Shown here in pieces: positions 38,701 through 52,400 of a stretch of 64,000 nucleotides of DNA (positions within the stretch are counted from its first letter, which is position 1; each line of letters opens with the position of its first letter). The notes beneath the pieces were generated by a model that saw only the letters and a program-made list of their open reading frames with translations, made no database searches and was not told the origin of the DNA. The stretch is from Octopus sinensis. Lineage: Eukaryota. Location of the stretch: contig NC_043002.1 in NCBI RefSeq assembly GCF_006345805.1, forward strand, positions 5,332,001 through 5,396,000. Direction: 5' to 3'. Both the position numbers and the translations under genes were made by a program.

Positions 38701-41413
38701 CACACACAATGTATGTGTGTGTGCATGCGTCAGAGGGAGAAAGGGGTGAGGTGCTGTGCATGTGGGCGTGTTGGTGTAGCAAAAGGTGTGGGTATTATGT
38801 GTGCAGGTGGGTGTGTGTGCATGTGTGGGAGTGCATATGTGTGTGTGTGTGGTGTATGGTATACGAATATAAAAATAAAAAAATAATATAAATAATATAT
38901 ATATATATGCATATATGCATGTGTGTATGTGTATATGTATGTGTGTGTATGTATGTATATATATATATAGTTAATCCAAACAAGAAAACACAAAAAAACA
39001 CAACAGCGCGAGGACGTGGAACAAATATGGTATTATTGGATGCTCAGGAAAGAAGGAAAGAAGGAGGGCTTAACGTTTCGAGCGGAGCTCTTCGTTGGAA
39101 ACATAGGAGAAGGAAAGATCCAGAGAAGGGAAGACAGAGGAAACAAAACCGCCAACGGTACACACGAGGTCACATTTTGATATATATATATATATCGTGT
39201 TTGCATCTAGTCCAGCAAATTACATTTATAACGGACCATGCTGATGATGGCTGCAGTTTTCCTTGCGGAAATAACAGCTGAAACTAATTAGTACATGGGT
39301 AATTATTTTATTTCGTATATTTTCACTTGTTTATTGCTATGGTTTTGTGTTGAGTTTGATCTGAGAACATAATCTTTTGTGGTGAATGGCGATTTGACGT
39401 CTATATCTAGCATGTTGACTGTCCACTTTTCGTGTTCAGTCCTTAATTGGTATATATATATATATATATAAAAGGGTAAAGACCCCCTTCGGTCAGGCAC
39501 TGACCATGGGTTTGCACCTAGAGAGATACCCTCTGAGGCACAAGTCTGGGCAAGGTTGTTTTATGGAAGACCAGCAGTCGCCCATGCATACCGGCCTCCC
39601 CTCTCCACGTCACCGATGTTGTCCAAGGGAAAGACAAAGGTCGATACAGCTTGGCACCAGTGACGTTGCAACTCATTTCTACAGCTGAGTGAACTGGAGC
39701 AACGTGAAATAAAGTGCCTTGCTCAAGAACACAACACGCAGCCCCGTCCGGGATTCGAGCTCACAACCTCACGATCATAAGCTCGACGCTCTAACCACTG
39801 AGCCATGCGCCTTCACAACTATATATATATATATACATACATATATATACATATTCTAAACCTACTTAAACAATGCAATATTGCATTCACAAATTTTGGT
39901 GACATCACTGATACTAATACTAATACTAATACTGATACTAATCGCTTGCTTTTTATCTAACTGAGGTGATAACTTTGCCAAGATGACATAACCTTTGATA
40001 CTCACCTGATTTCAGAGACAGCCCAATCCAAATGCTATTTGAAGGGAGAAGGGCTAAGGATATTCGAACATCTTTAATTGATGTAATGTCATCTGCTGAA
40101 TGAAGACTCGTTAGAGTGGCTCCAATTTGTGCGCACACGTAATTAGCATCAGGCCATGATCGCAAGGTGCTCTTAACAAGGTAACATTTGTTCTTGATCT
40201 GGATCCAATCCTCAGGACATTTTCCTGTCTGACTTGGAGTTCCTGCAACCTTTGGTGGCTTCCCTGTAAATAGAAATAAACTAAATTGTATTTCATATAT
40301 TAAATGAAGTAGTTGTTGAAATAGTGGAATACAAACTCATGAAATTGAAGCAAAAATAATATACCTATTTCTTTACTATCCACAAGAGGCTAAACACAGA
40401 GAGGACAAACAAGGATAGACAAACGAATGAAGTCACTTATATTGACCCCAGTGCGTAACTGGTACTTATTTAATCGACCCCGAAAGGATGAAAGGCAAAG
40501 TTGACCTCGGTGGAATTTGAACTCAGAATGTAGCGATGGACGAAATACCTATTTCTTTACTACCCACAAGGGGCTAAACACAGAGAGGACAAACAACGAC
40601 AGACAAGTGGATTAAGTCGATTATATACGACCCCAGTGCATAACTGGTACTTAATTTAATCAACCCCGAAAGGATGAAAGGCAAAGTCGACCTCGGTGGA
40701 ATTTGAACTCAGAATGTAGTTAGTGGCAGTCAAAATACTGCTGACAATTTTGTCCGGCGTGCTAACGTTTCTGCCAGCTCAAGAAGAAACTTGTCTCCAC
40801 TTGGTAAACTAAAATGCTTCTGATAATGCTTTTATTGCTTTAATTCTGGGAATTATATCTGTTGCTGTTGTCTTGCCTGAGGTCAGTTCTAACTGAGCAT
40901 ATATCTATGATGAAGGGCATTCTAGCTCTAAACATCTGTAGGATCTTTAATTTGTCTTTTTCAAGATGGTAGGCTGCATTTTTTGAGTGAAATTTGGCAG
41001 TTTCCGATACAGGCTTTTGGAATTCTTAAAAAGAAAACCAAATAAGATAACAAAAAATTCATCAAAATGTGGGAGCTTCTGAGCAATCACTAACCCTCAG
41101 TGAAATCTCCTTCAAATCATACCTTGCTGTCTTAAAAACAGAAAGATATATTGGATAGTGTAGTCCTATAAAATACTATGTCTGAATAAATATAGAATAT
41201 GATGAGACCATCATGAATAGAATGATTTTGTTCATAGGTCTGATAAAAACTACAAAGCCTAAAATCTATTACATCCATGTATTTGTTTTGCAAAATTCCT
41301 GTTGTGAAATTATATGTTGAAACAGATATTGTTATATTTGGGGAGGGTCGAATTTTTGCCAATTGAATACACACACTATATACTTGGTTTCCACTTCAGC
41401 TTTATTATTGTTA

Positions 41414-41451
<38 letters not shown>

Positions 41452-43431
41452 TTTCCTTCTTTCTTCAAATTTTCTTCCGTTTCTCGCCGAGTGTTTTCCA
41501 TACACCTAGGGGCAGAGAAGCTCATTGTATGCATTCCCAGATTACACACGCAAATTCACAGGTAAAATATGTATTTAAAAAATTAATGAATAAATAAATT
41601 CATGAGTGGATGTTTATTATTATTATTAATATTATTATTATTTTAGTGTCCTTTGTCTGAGCTCTTTCATCACACATCCTGTGACCTCTTCAGTAACTCT
41701 TTATCCCACGTCTCCCTCTTGTTCTAGTTAGTCCATACTGTCTTTCCGTGGTATGTATCCTTACCTCTGCATGCATTTGCATCTGTGTGTGTGTGTGTGT
41801 GTGTTCATGTGTGCATATCTGTGCGTGTGTATCTATGTTTAGTATGTGTGTATATATATGAGTTTGTTTATTATACTGTTTGTACCCATGTCATTTATTT
41901 TGCTATTTTTTATTTTCTTATCTCTATATTTATAAACAGCAAAATGTCTGTCTGTGTGTGTGTCCTTTATACAAATCCACAATTTTTTAGTTAGAGGGCT
42001 TGCACTTTCTATGGTCATTAAAAACCGTCCAAGGGTGGTCGTGCACATCTTTACATTTCCCCAGTCACCCTGCAAAGCCATTAACAAAAACCATTAGAAG
42101 TGACTTTTTTAAAATTTTCTATCCAAAACCCAATTAAAATGTCCGAAACTTGATACGTCAATTGAATGCCAGCTAGCTGTATGTGATTGGTCAGAGATTT
42201 GGACAGTACTCGCGTGTATGTGTGCACGCACGCAGCTGTATATGCATGCACTAGCACTACAACCCGGCGTTGCTGGGTCATAGTGCTAGTTTACAAATTA
42301 ATTAATTATCATACCATATGTAATTTTGCATATGAAAGGATATTCTTTATTGCAATCAACCATGTTCCACACATCTTGAGCTTGATATAAACCACATTCA
42401 TCTTCCTCTGTCATTATCACTGGCCATCGTGTGTATTGCATTGGCCAGGAATCTGACCAAGCCATTTGTTTCTGTAAAGATGAAGAAAGAAAAGTAAAAA
42501 AAAGATGTTACTAAATTCAATATAAAAATCCAATATCAATATAATGCATAACACTACTACAAGGACTCAAAGTTTGAGAATGGCTTGACATAGCCAATTA
42601 GATTGACTCTGGTTCTTCTGTTCTTTTACTTCTTTCAATCATTGGACTGTGACCACACTAGGGCACTATCTTGAAGAGTTTAGGTGAACAAATCAACCCC
42701 AGGACTTGTTTTTAGGTAACTGGTATTCATTCTGTCAGTTTCTTTTGCTGAACCACCAAGTTACAGGGACATAAACAAACCAACGATGGTTGCCAAGTGT
42801 TAGCGATAACAAAAAATACAAACAAAAGACACACAGACACGTGTGCACTTATGATAGGCTTCTTGCAGTCTCTGTGTACAAAATCCACTCACAAAGCTAT
42901 AATCAGCCCAAGGCTAGAGTAGACAACACTTGTCCAATGTGACATACAGCGGGACTGAACTCAGGGCCACACAGCCATACCTGCACCTGGACCTTTGGAG
43001 ACATTATTTTGTTAATTCTCAGAAGGATGAAAACTGAGTCATCTACTGTAGGATTTGAATTTAGAACGTAAAGGAATTGAACTGAATACAGCAGAGCATC
43101 ATTTTATCCAGTGCTGCTCAACAGTTTCTGCTGTTCTACTGCCATTTGTGGAAGATTTGGCAGCTATTTCTAAGTAATTTATTTGAGTGAGGCAAAAGAT
43201 TTGAGTGAGGCAAAAGATTCAAGTGAGGTCATTGCCAGTGTCGCCTGACTGGCCCCGTGCCAGTGGCACGTAAAAGCACCCACTACACTCTCGGAATGGT
43301 TGGCATTAGGAAGGGCATCCAGCTGAAGAAACTCTGCCAGATCAAGAGTGAAGCCTGGTGCAGCCATCTGGTTCACCAGCACTCAGTCAAAATCGTCCAA
43401 CCCATGCAAGCATGGAAAGTGGACGTTAAAC

Positions 43432-43476
<45 letters not shown>

Positions 43477-45480
43477 AATGAGACGAAATGGCGAAGCATG
43501 ATTTTTGGATGCTGAGTCTCATGAAGGCGATGACAAGTGACACATAAAAGGTACTCAATACACTCTTGGAGTGGTTGGCATTAAGAGCATCCAGCTATAT
43601 AGATACCAAGCCGACCCAGACTGGAACCTGGTACAGCTCTCCTGTTTACCAATTCCAGTCAAACCATCTAACCCATGCAAGCATGGAAAACAGACATTAA
43701 ACGATGAGATACTTTTAACTTCAACCAATAATTTACTAAATTAAATGAGTTGAGCCTATTAACGAGACAATGTTTAATATATTCAATTATGTTTATATAA
43801 ACATATAAGGAACCTGTAGTTAAGTGAAGGCTAATATATTTGATGCAGTGAACAAAAAATAATTTTAAATCATTTAAAATTTCCCCTGTTGAGTCTCATG
43901 GCAGCAATGACAAGTAACCGAGACTTTTGGTGACTTGATGTGCTTGAGACATGTCAAGCTAAATGAAATCTTAGTCATGTCAAGTGTTGGTGACATACGA
44001 AAGGCATCCATGCTGGTGACATGTAGGGAGCACCCATGCCAGTGACACATAAAAGGTACCCATGCCAGTGACATGTGAAAGGGCACCTGTGCCAGTGATA
44101 TGTAAAAGGCACCCATGCTGGTGACCTGTTAAATAGCACCTATGCCAGTGAAACATAAATGTAACCTAGTATGCTCTATGGAGTGGTTGGCATTAGGAGG
44201 GGCATCTGGCAGTAGAAACCAGGGCAAAGCAGACTGGAGCATGGTATAGCTCCTTGGCTTACAAATTTCATTCAAACCAGCTAATCCATGCCAGCATAGC
44301 AAACAGACACTAAATGATGATGAGGATGATGATGACCTGTAATGAAAAGATAACTCATAAGCATTAATGATAATTCTTGTCAATTAAGACTATGGAAAGA
44401 ACTCTAAAATTTAAATTAATTAAAAATTAAATGGAGATAAGCAGCAGTGTATGTGCAGGTATGAGCAGAGAAGTTGCGGTTGATCTTGGAGGTTATAGGG
44501 ATAATTCTAAACATGTTTCAGACTTATCTGACCTCCTCAGTAGTGCATAAACATTGCTGAATCACCCCTCCCAGCCACTGATGCTTGCCATTACGACCAC
44601 TACAATCACCATCGTCATCATTTTCCATCTTATGTCCCTTTTCTCTTCCAGCACAATGTCTGCCACTTGTTACAACTCCTAGGGACCTTCCTTGTCAGGT
44701 TTCAACATCCAAATCTCAGCTTCCAACTCTGACATTTTACATAGAAATAAAGAAGAAATAAATTACAAGAGAACAAAAAAAGTTGCTGCCAAGTGTATGG
44801 AAAACGGAAACAAATAACAAACTTACACCACGTTTCCGAGCTCCAATCCAAAATTCCTCTTGGACATCTTTACCCATCAGTCTTAGAGCTGCATTTTCAA
44901 AGGCATCAGCTATTGATGCCACATGCGCTCCCCCATCTTTCTGGCAAAAAGCTTCGGCTTCTGTCCAGGTTTTGTTCATCTTTACAACTTTATACTCAGC
45001 ATTTCCATATTTTTTGTATCCTAATTTTGATACAACTTCTGGTTTCTTCACTAGTGGCAAATTGGCATCTGAATAAACAAATAAGAATAAAGGAATAACA
45101 AACTAAGAATAAGTAAAGCACTGACAATACTCACACTGCAGCAATATAGTACAAGTTAACATGGGAGATAATCACCTCAGACAGGCAGGATAAATACACT
45201 CATATATATAAACATATATATATAAACATATATATATATATATATATATAAAATGGAACTGGATCTCTTCCTGTCAGGTGTCCCAGATGAACCAACTTCA
45301 CGGCAGGAGGTGCAGATGAGGGCAGCTGCATCGAACTCTCTCATGCACCAAATGGCAGTTGCTAAAAAGCTTTCGTGAAGTAAAACCAAGTAGCAACACC
45401 AAATGGCGGTGCCCCAGCATGGCCACAGCTCATGAGTTGAAACTAGAATCAATCATATATATGTTTATATATATATATAA

Positions 45481-45517
<37 letters not shown>

Positions 45518-45563
45518 TATATATATATATATAACACATAAATATATATGTTTATATATATAA

Positions 45564-45635
<72 letters not shown>

Positions 45636-45645
45636 TATATATATA

Positions 45646-45682
<37 letters not shown>

Positions 45683-45793
45683 AATATATATATATATATA
45701 TAAACATATATATATTATATATATATAAACATATATATATATATATCAAAGTATCAAAGTATATATATATATGTTATATATATATATATATAT

Positions 45794-45876
<83 letters not shown>

Positions 45877-45894
45877 ATATATATATATATAAAC

Positions 45895-45937
<43 letters not shown>

Positions 45938-45993
45938 AACATATATATAAACATATATATATTATATAAAACATATATATAAACATATATATA

Positions 45994-46041
<48 letters not shown>

Positions 46042-46431
46042 GTATATATAAATAAAATATATCTACAGACATGTTCTTAATGATGAAATTAACCTCTCTG
46101 TCTATATATCTACTCTCTTTGTAATATTGGCAAATGAAATAGCGATAAGAATGTGCATTGTCCGTTTAATTGAAAAATTCTATATGTGGCTGAAGATTGC
46201 TCTACATTTTAAAACTGATGTAATATTTACAGTGTTTAATAAAATGAAGTAGCATGAAAAAATTGTACTACTCTACCTTGGATATCCTTGTTGCTTATAT
46301 ATATATATATATATATATATATGGTGGGAGGGGGCAAAGTAAAATGAGAATTATAAGCGAAAATGCACATTGGAAATCAAAAGGTGTTTGCCTCCATTTT
46401 GGAAATCAATCTCCAAAGTGACCAGCTTGCA

Positions 46432-46473
<42 letters not shown>

Positions 46474-49400
46474 TAATTAAAGTGTATAGTATTATATATC
46501 TATTACAGCTGATCTTACCAATTGGTTTTGCAGTAGGAGTTCAATAGAATATTAGATAACATCCTGATTATGTAACCCTGTGCTCTTCAGAGACAGCAAT
46601 TATGGAACGAAATATGGTAACTGCTCTCTATTCTTGAATGTGAAAAGACACATCTGTTTGTGGTTAGTGTGAAAAAGACAATGAAAGAAACCAAGCAAGG
46701 GTTAAGTTCAAGCTGTAATGGATATATAATACTGTTGTACATTTTGATTAATATATCCACTCCATTGACAAATATACGAATGCATATTTTTTCTGACTTA
46801 TGGATTCTTTGATGGTATGTGTGGATGTGTGTGTATAATAGATACATAGGTAGGTAGGGGGATAGATAGAAATATATTTTTAACAAAATGAAAACAGGGA
46901 AAAATTAAAGTAGAGGCTCAGAATAATGGATACAATACCTCGATAACCTTGACAGATGTAACCAGCTAATTCATAACAGTTTGATCCAAACCAAAGACCA
47001 GCGGAATACGGTTCTGTGTGAGTGGCAATGCAGCTCTGTATAGAAAGAGAGAAGTCATTAGAAGAGACAGAAGACATTATATACACTCGCAGTCATTATG
47101 GTTATTATTGTTTTACACCTGAGGTCAGCCCAAATTAATGGCCAAAGACAGTCTAGAAGATATTCATGTCTTTAGTGAAGTGAAACAGCTTTGACTGTGA
47201 ATTGAAACTCTCAAGGAACACGTCATTTGCTCTCTCTGTATAATCTTGTATGGAACTGAGGTCTTGCATATGAACTCTGTGCAAAAGTGTATGTCTGTAT
47301 ATACTTCCAGTCAGCCATTTTTAATCCATTTCCGGATGAAAGCCTCAGAATGCCATGACCAGCTGAGCTATGTTGATTGTATGCATACTGGCCTATATAA
47401 GCCAATTTTGGATTAAACGAGATGCTCCTGTTGTCAGGTCATTACATCTAGCCATTGATACTCAAACAGGAATTGAACCCAGAGAACAAAGTGCCAGGCC
47501 AGATACTGCAAATCATTGCATCTCATGCACTAACAGTTCGTCAAATACTCTACATATTTAATGAACCCTGAAAGGATAAAAGGCAATTTTACCTTGGCAG
47601 GATTTGAACTTAGAGCATAGGGAGCAAATCATGGCTAGGACATGGCTGCGTCTCACCAGGCTGGACACCTGTGCGATGTGATGTTTCTGCTCCCAACAGG
47701 CACTTCATCCTTGCTCGGTGGATCTTTAGGCCATGGATGTTCTTGCAGACTTTACCACATGTACACTTCTTGCTCATAGTCCATTGTCCATTGCTAGGGT
47801 CCGTTAATGATATGTCTGTCCGACTAGGGGACTTATTCCCCCCACCCCCACATCTACCACTTCACCCAGCATTCCTCAAAACACAATGCAGGAGGAAAGC
47901 CTTGGCACACTGCTGCCAGCGTATCTACTCTGGTTGTACGACAACTTGTCCAAACTGGACAATTGTGACTCAGAGAGAGTGTTCCTATGGTTAAGTGGCA
48001 CTTAGGTGAAGACTGAATTCAGAACATAATGAACTGCAAGGTATTTTGTCTGATGCAAACATTTCTGCTGATCTGTCATTCTATGCAAATTTACACATAT
48101 AGCGGGGTGCAGGCGTCCATGCTAGCGGGGTGCAAAGAGCACTATATGAGTGTGATCATTGACAGAGCGGCTAACCGGCTTCCGTGCCAGTGGCACTTAA
48201 AAGGCACCATTCGAGCATGACTGTTACCAGCGTCGCCTTACTGGCACTCGAGCCCTGTGCTAGTAGGGTATTAAGAGCACCATCTGAGCGTGATCGTTGC
48301 CAGAGCAGCTATCTGGCCTCTGTGCTAGTAGCACGTAAAAGACACCATTCGAGTGTGATCGTTACCAGCATCGCCTTACTGGCACCTGTGCCGGTGGCAT
48401 GTGTAAAAGATTCGAGCGAGGTCATTGCCAGTACTGCCTGACTGGCCCCCGTGCCGGTGGCACGTAAAAAGCACCCACTACACTCTCGGAGTGGTTGGCG
48501 TTTGGAAGGGCATCCAGCTGTAGAAACCCTGCCAGATCAAGATTGAACCCTGGTGCGGCCGTCTGGTTTGCCAGCCCTCAGTCAAAATCGTCCAACCCAT
48601 GCTAGCATGGAAAGCGGACGTTAAACGATGATGATGATGATGACTGCCAAACAGAAACACACATAGATACACATACACACACACACACATACACACACAA
48701 ACATACATGCCATTAGGCAGAGCATATATAGACACACAAGGAAACAGTGATACAAACTAAAACGTGTGTGAGTGTGCATGCACACACACTCACACACATG
48801 CATAGTACAACTCATTACCAATCTCAGGAACCATTCATTATACAACATTACATCTATTTACATCTTTACTTTTATGTTTTTTTCTGTTAATAATGAAGGA
48901 TGGTCTTTTAGTTGATGCTGGACCAGTTGCTGTTACAGATGGATAACTCTTCAAATTGTTAATCACTCAACCATGAAGAAGTATAGAGGAACTATTTTTT
49001 TTGAATAATATGGCAGGTGGTGGTGGTGATGTTGGGGAACCATCTCCAGAGGAGTATTCTGCATCCTAAGTAGAAATATGGTGGCTTTACCATAGAGCAG
49101 GGGTGGGCAAACTTTTTTGACCGCGGGCCGCATGAAGCCCGCGGGCCGTAGTTTGCCCACCCCTGCCATAGAGTAACTTGTTTTGTTAGTCTCACGTATT
49201 ACATAAATTTACTGACATATGTTGGTTGCAAACACATACACATGCATAGGTACATACACACACAGACACACACAGACACACACACAAATGCATGTTCACT
49301 TCAGATGACAGGCCTCTCTCACCATTCCCTTTAACAACACCATGACCACCTAGTCATTGGATGCATATAACACAAACATACCCACATGGGGGTTGAATAG

Positions 49401-52400
49401 GTTCGGATGAAAGCTTTCTCATGCAACAGGGTGCAAATGTAATCATCCTGTAACATTTTAATTTTGTGGAGGCACATGGCCTAGTGGTTAGAGCAGCGGA
49501 CTTGTGGTCGAGGGATAGCAGGTTCAAATCTCAGACCAGGCGATGTGTGTGTTTATGAGCGAAACACCTAAGCTCCACACGGCTCCAGCAGAAGGTAATG
49601 GTGAAGTTCTGCTGACTCTTTTGCCTCAACTTTCATTCTTTCCTCCTGCATCTTGCAGCTCATCTGTGACAGACCGGCGTCCCATCCAGGTGGGGAACCT
49701 ATACGCCAAGGAAACTGGGAAACTGGCCCTTATGAGCCAGGCATGGCTCGAGAAGGAATAAACAAACAAACAAAATTTTAATTTTGTGTCTGTCACAAAT
49801 TAGGCTGTTAATGGTGGATCCATTTTTGTAAGAGAGAAACCCCTCAATTGGAATTCTGCTGATGTTCACTTATCTTATATTTTCTGTCTTTACTTGTTCC
49901 AGTCATTTGACTATGGCCATGGTGGGGCACCATACTGAAAGGTTTAGTTTGAATAAATCAACTCCAGTACTTGTTTTTTGAAGCCTGGTGCTTATTCTAT
50001 TGGTCTCTTGACAAAACTACTAAGCTATGGGGGATGTAAACAAACCAACACTAATTAGCAAATAGTGGAAGGGACATACATAGACAAAGACATACAAGGA
50101 CACACACACACACACACACACACTGTGGGCTTTCATAGAGTTTCCATCCACCAAATTCATTCATAAGGCATTGGTCAGCCTGGGGTTATAGTAGAAGGTG
50201 CTTGGCCAAAATGCCATGTAGTAGAATTGAACCCAAGAACATTTGGTTGCAAAGCAAGCTCCTTAACCACGTAACTATGGCAAAGTTAATTTTGTTGCAA
50301 ATATCTAAACCTGATTTCTCCTATCAATTAACTCCCCCTCCTATAGATTTCTTGCATACATTGACCAACAAATGTTTTGTCTACCCATTGGTCAGTATTC
50401 ATTTTGCTAGCAGATTACTGCGAGTAAAGATCATGGCACTGAACTTTCATCCTTGATTAATTTATTTTTAAAAAATGTAAAAAACTCAAAATTTATTTCA
50501 ATATGTAATAATGAAAACACAAATAAATAAATGAATAAGAAATATCTTGTAGTACTCACTGTACCAGTGTATTGAAGTAATTCCTCAACGGCGAGTGTAC
50601 TGAAGTGGAAAAAGGAGAGAGGGGAATTGTCCACCCATGTCAAATAGTCAAGACCTTTACGCATACCAATCCATAACGAAATGTTCAGAGATTTCATCAT
50701 CAGGGTGAGGAAAGCTGCAAAATTAATTAAAAGATACACTTCTGTAAAGGTGTGAGCATGGTGCATATGTGTATGTGTTGGGTGCTTTTACCTGTCACTG
50801 GTATGAGGGCCAGTTTGGTGGACTGGCAACGGCCACACCCAAATGGTACCTTTTATGTGCCACCTGCACAGGAGCCAGTCCAGTGGCACTGGCAACGACC
50901 TCGCTCGAATGTTTCACGTGCCACCAGCACAAGTGCTAGTAAGGCGACGCGGTAATGATCATGCTTGAATGGTGTGTTTAACGTACCATTGACACGAAGG
51001 CCAGCTTGTTGCTCTGGCAACGATCTCACTCATATGGTACTCTTAGCGCTCCACTAGCAACGGATGCCAATCACCAAGTTTGATTTCGACTTCAATTTCA
51101 CTTGCCTCAACTGGTCTTCGCAAGCAGAGTTTAGTGTCCAATGAAGAAAAGGCATGCATAAGTGGACTGGTTACACCCCGAGCATAGACCACAAGGTTAT
51201 GGTCACACTTGAATGTGTGTATATATACATGATGGACTCTCCCATTGAAGACAACATATGAAAAATACCTTAGGAATGAGAACCCAGGTTTGAAATTTCC
51301 CCATGACACCTGAAGAAGGCTGGAGGGTGTATCAGACGAAACATTGTGTTAACAACAAACAAGATGAGGACAAATATCCGTCGAATGTAAATAATGTAAA
51401 CAATGTAAATAATGAAGATATGGTTGTTTTTAAATGTTTACCTTGCTCGAATCTTGTCTGTATACTTGCAAGCCCAAAGAGTTTACCGTAACTGTGACAT
51501 TTTTCTTGTGCTGCTTGCCAACCAAGTTGTTCACGGTAGCCTGTACCTTCAATCTTGAAACATTTATTACCTGTGAATAAATAACAAGAACAAATAAAAC
51601 AAAATGACAAACAAGCTAATATTTTTGTGTAAATGACTGGGGAAACTTAATCTCAGAATTACGCATACAAGCTTATTTGTGTTATTTGTTTAATGTCTGT
51701 TTTTTTCATGCTGGCATGGGTTAGATGGGAATTGATTTTAGGGTAGGATTTTATAGCCAGCTACTCTTTCTTTTGCCAACCCTTGTTTTTCACATCAGGG
51801 ATTTTAAGTTCCATACTAGTCATTGAAAGCACAGAGCAACTGGTTGTATTTATTTCTTTACTACCCACAAGGGGCTAAACACAGAGGGGACAAACAAGGA
51901 CAGACAAAGGGATTAAGTCGATTACATCAACCCCAGTGCATAACTGGTACTTATTTAATTGACCCCGAAAGGATGAAAGGCAAAGTCGACGTCGGCAGAA
52001 TTTGAACTCAGAACGTAATGGCAGGCAAAATACGGCTACGCATTTCGCCCGGTGTGTTAACATTTCTGCCAGCTTGCCGCCTTAGCAACTAGTTGTATTG
52101 TCAGCATAGAATATCAACATCAACAACATCTCACTCAAATATTATGGCAAGCAAAATCCCAAAATACACACACATCTACACACACACACTATAATTTCCT
52201 TTTATCAAATCCATCTGTAATGCATTAGCTGGTTTTGGTGAGAGACACTTTCCTAAGGTTTAGTGGGACTGAACCTAAAACCATGTGATTGCAAAGCATA
52301 CATGTTAACCACACAACCATGCCTGCGCCTATATACTTTATAGACTAAATATCAATAGAACTATGAGGTCTCATGTTTTAAATTTGTGATGACAGAGATA

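Noticed and set aside
47200-47392. Fragments resembling a CTLD end (VCIQ, WKY, FICK)
   Set aside because: The motifs fall in different frames with stops, and the domain is already completed by exon 46939-47035.
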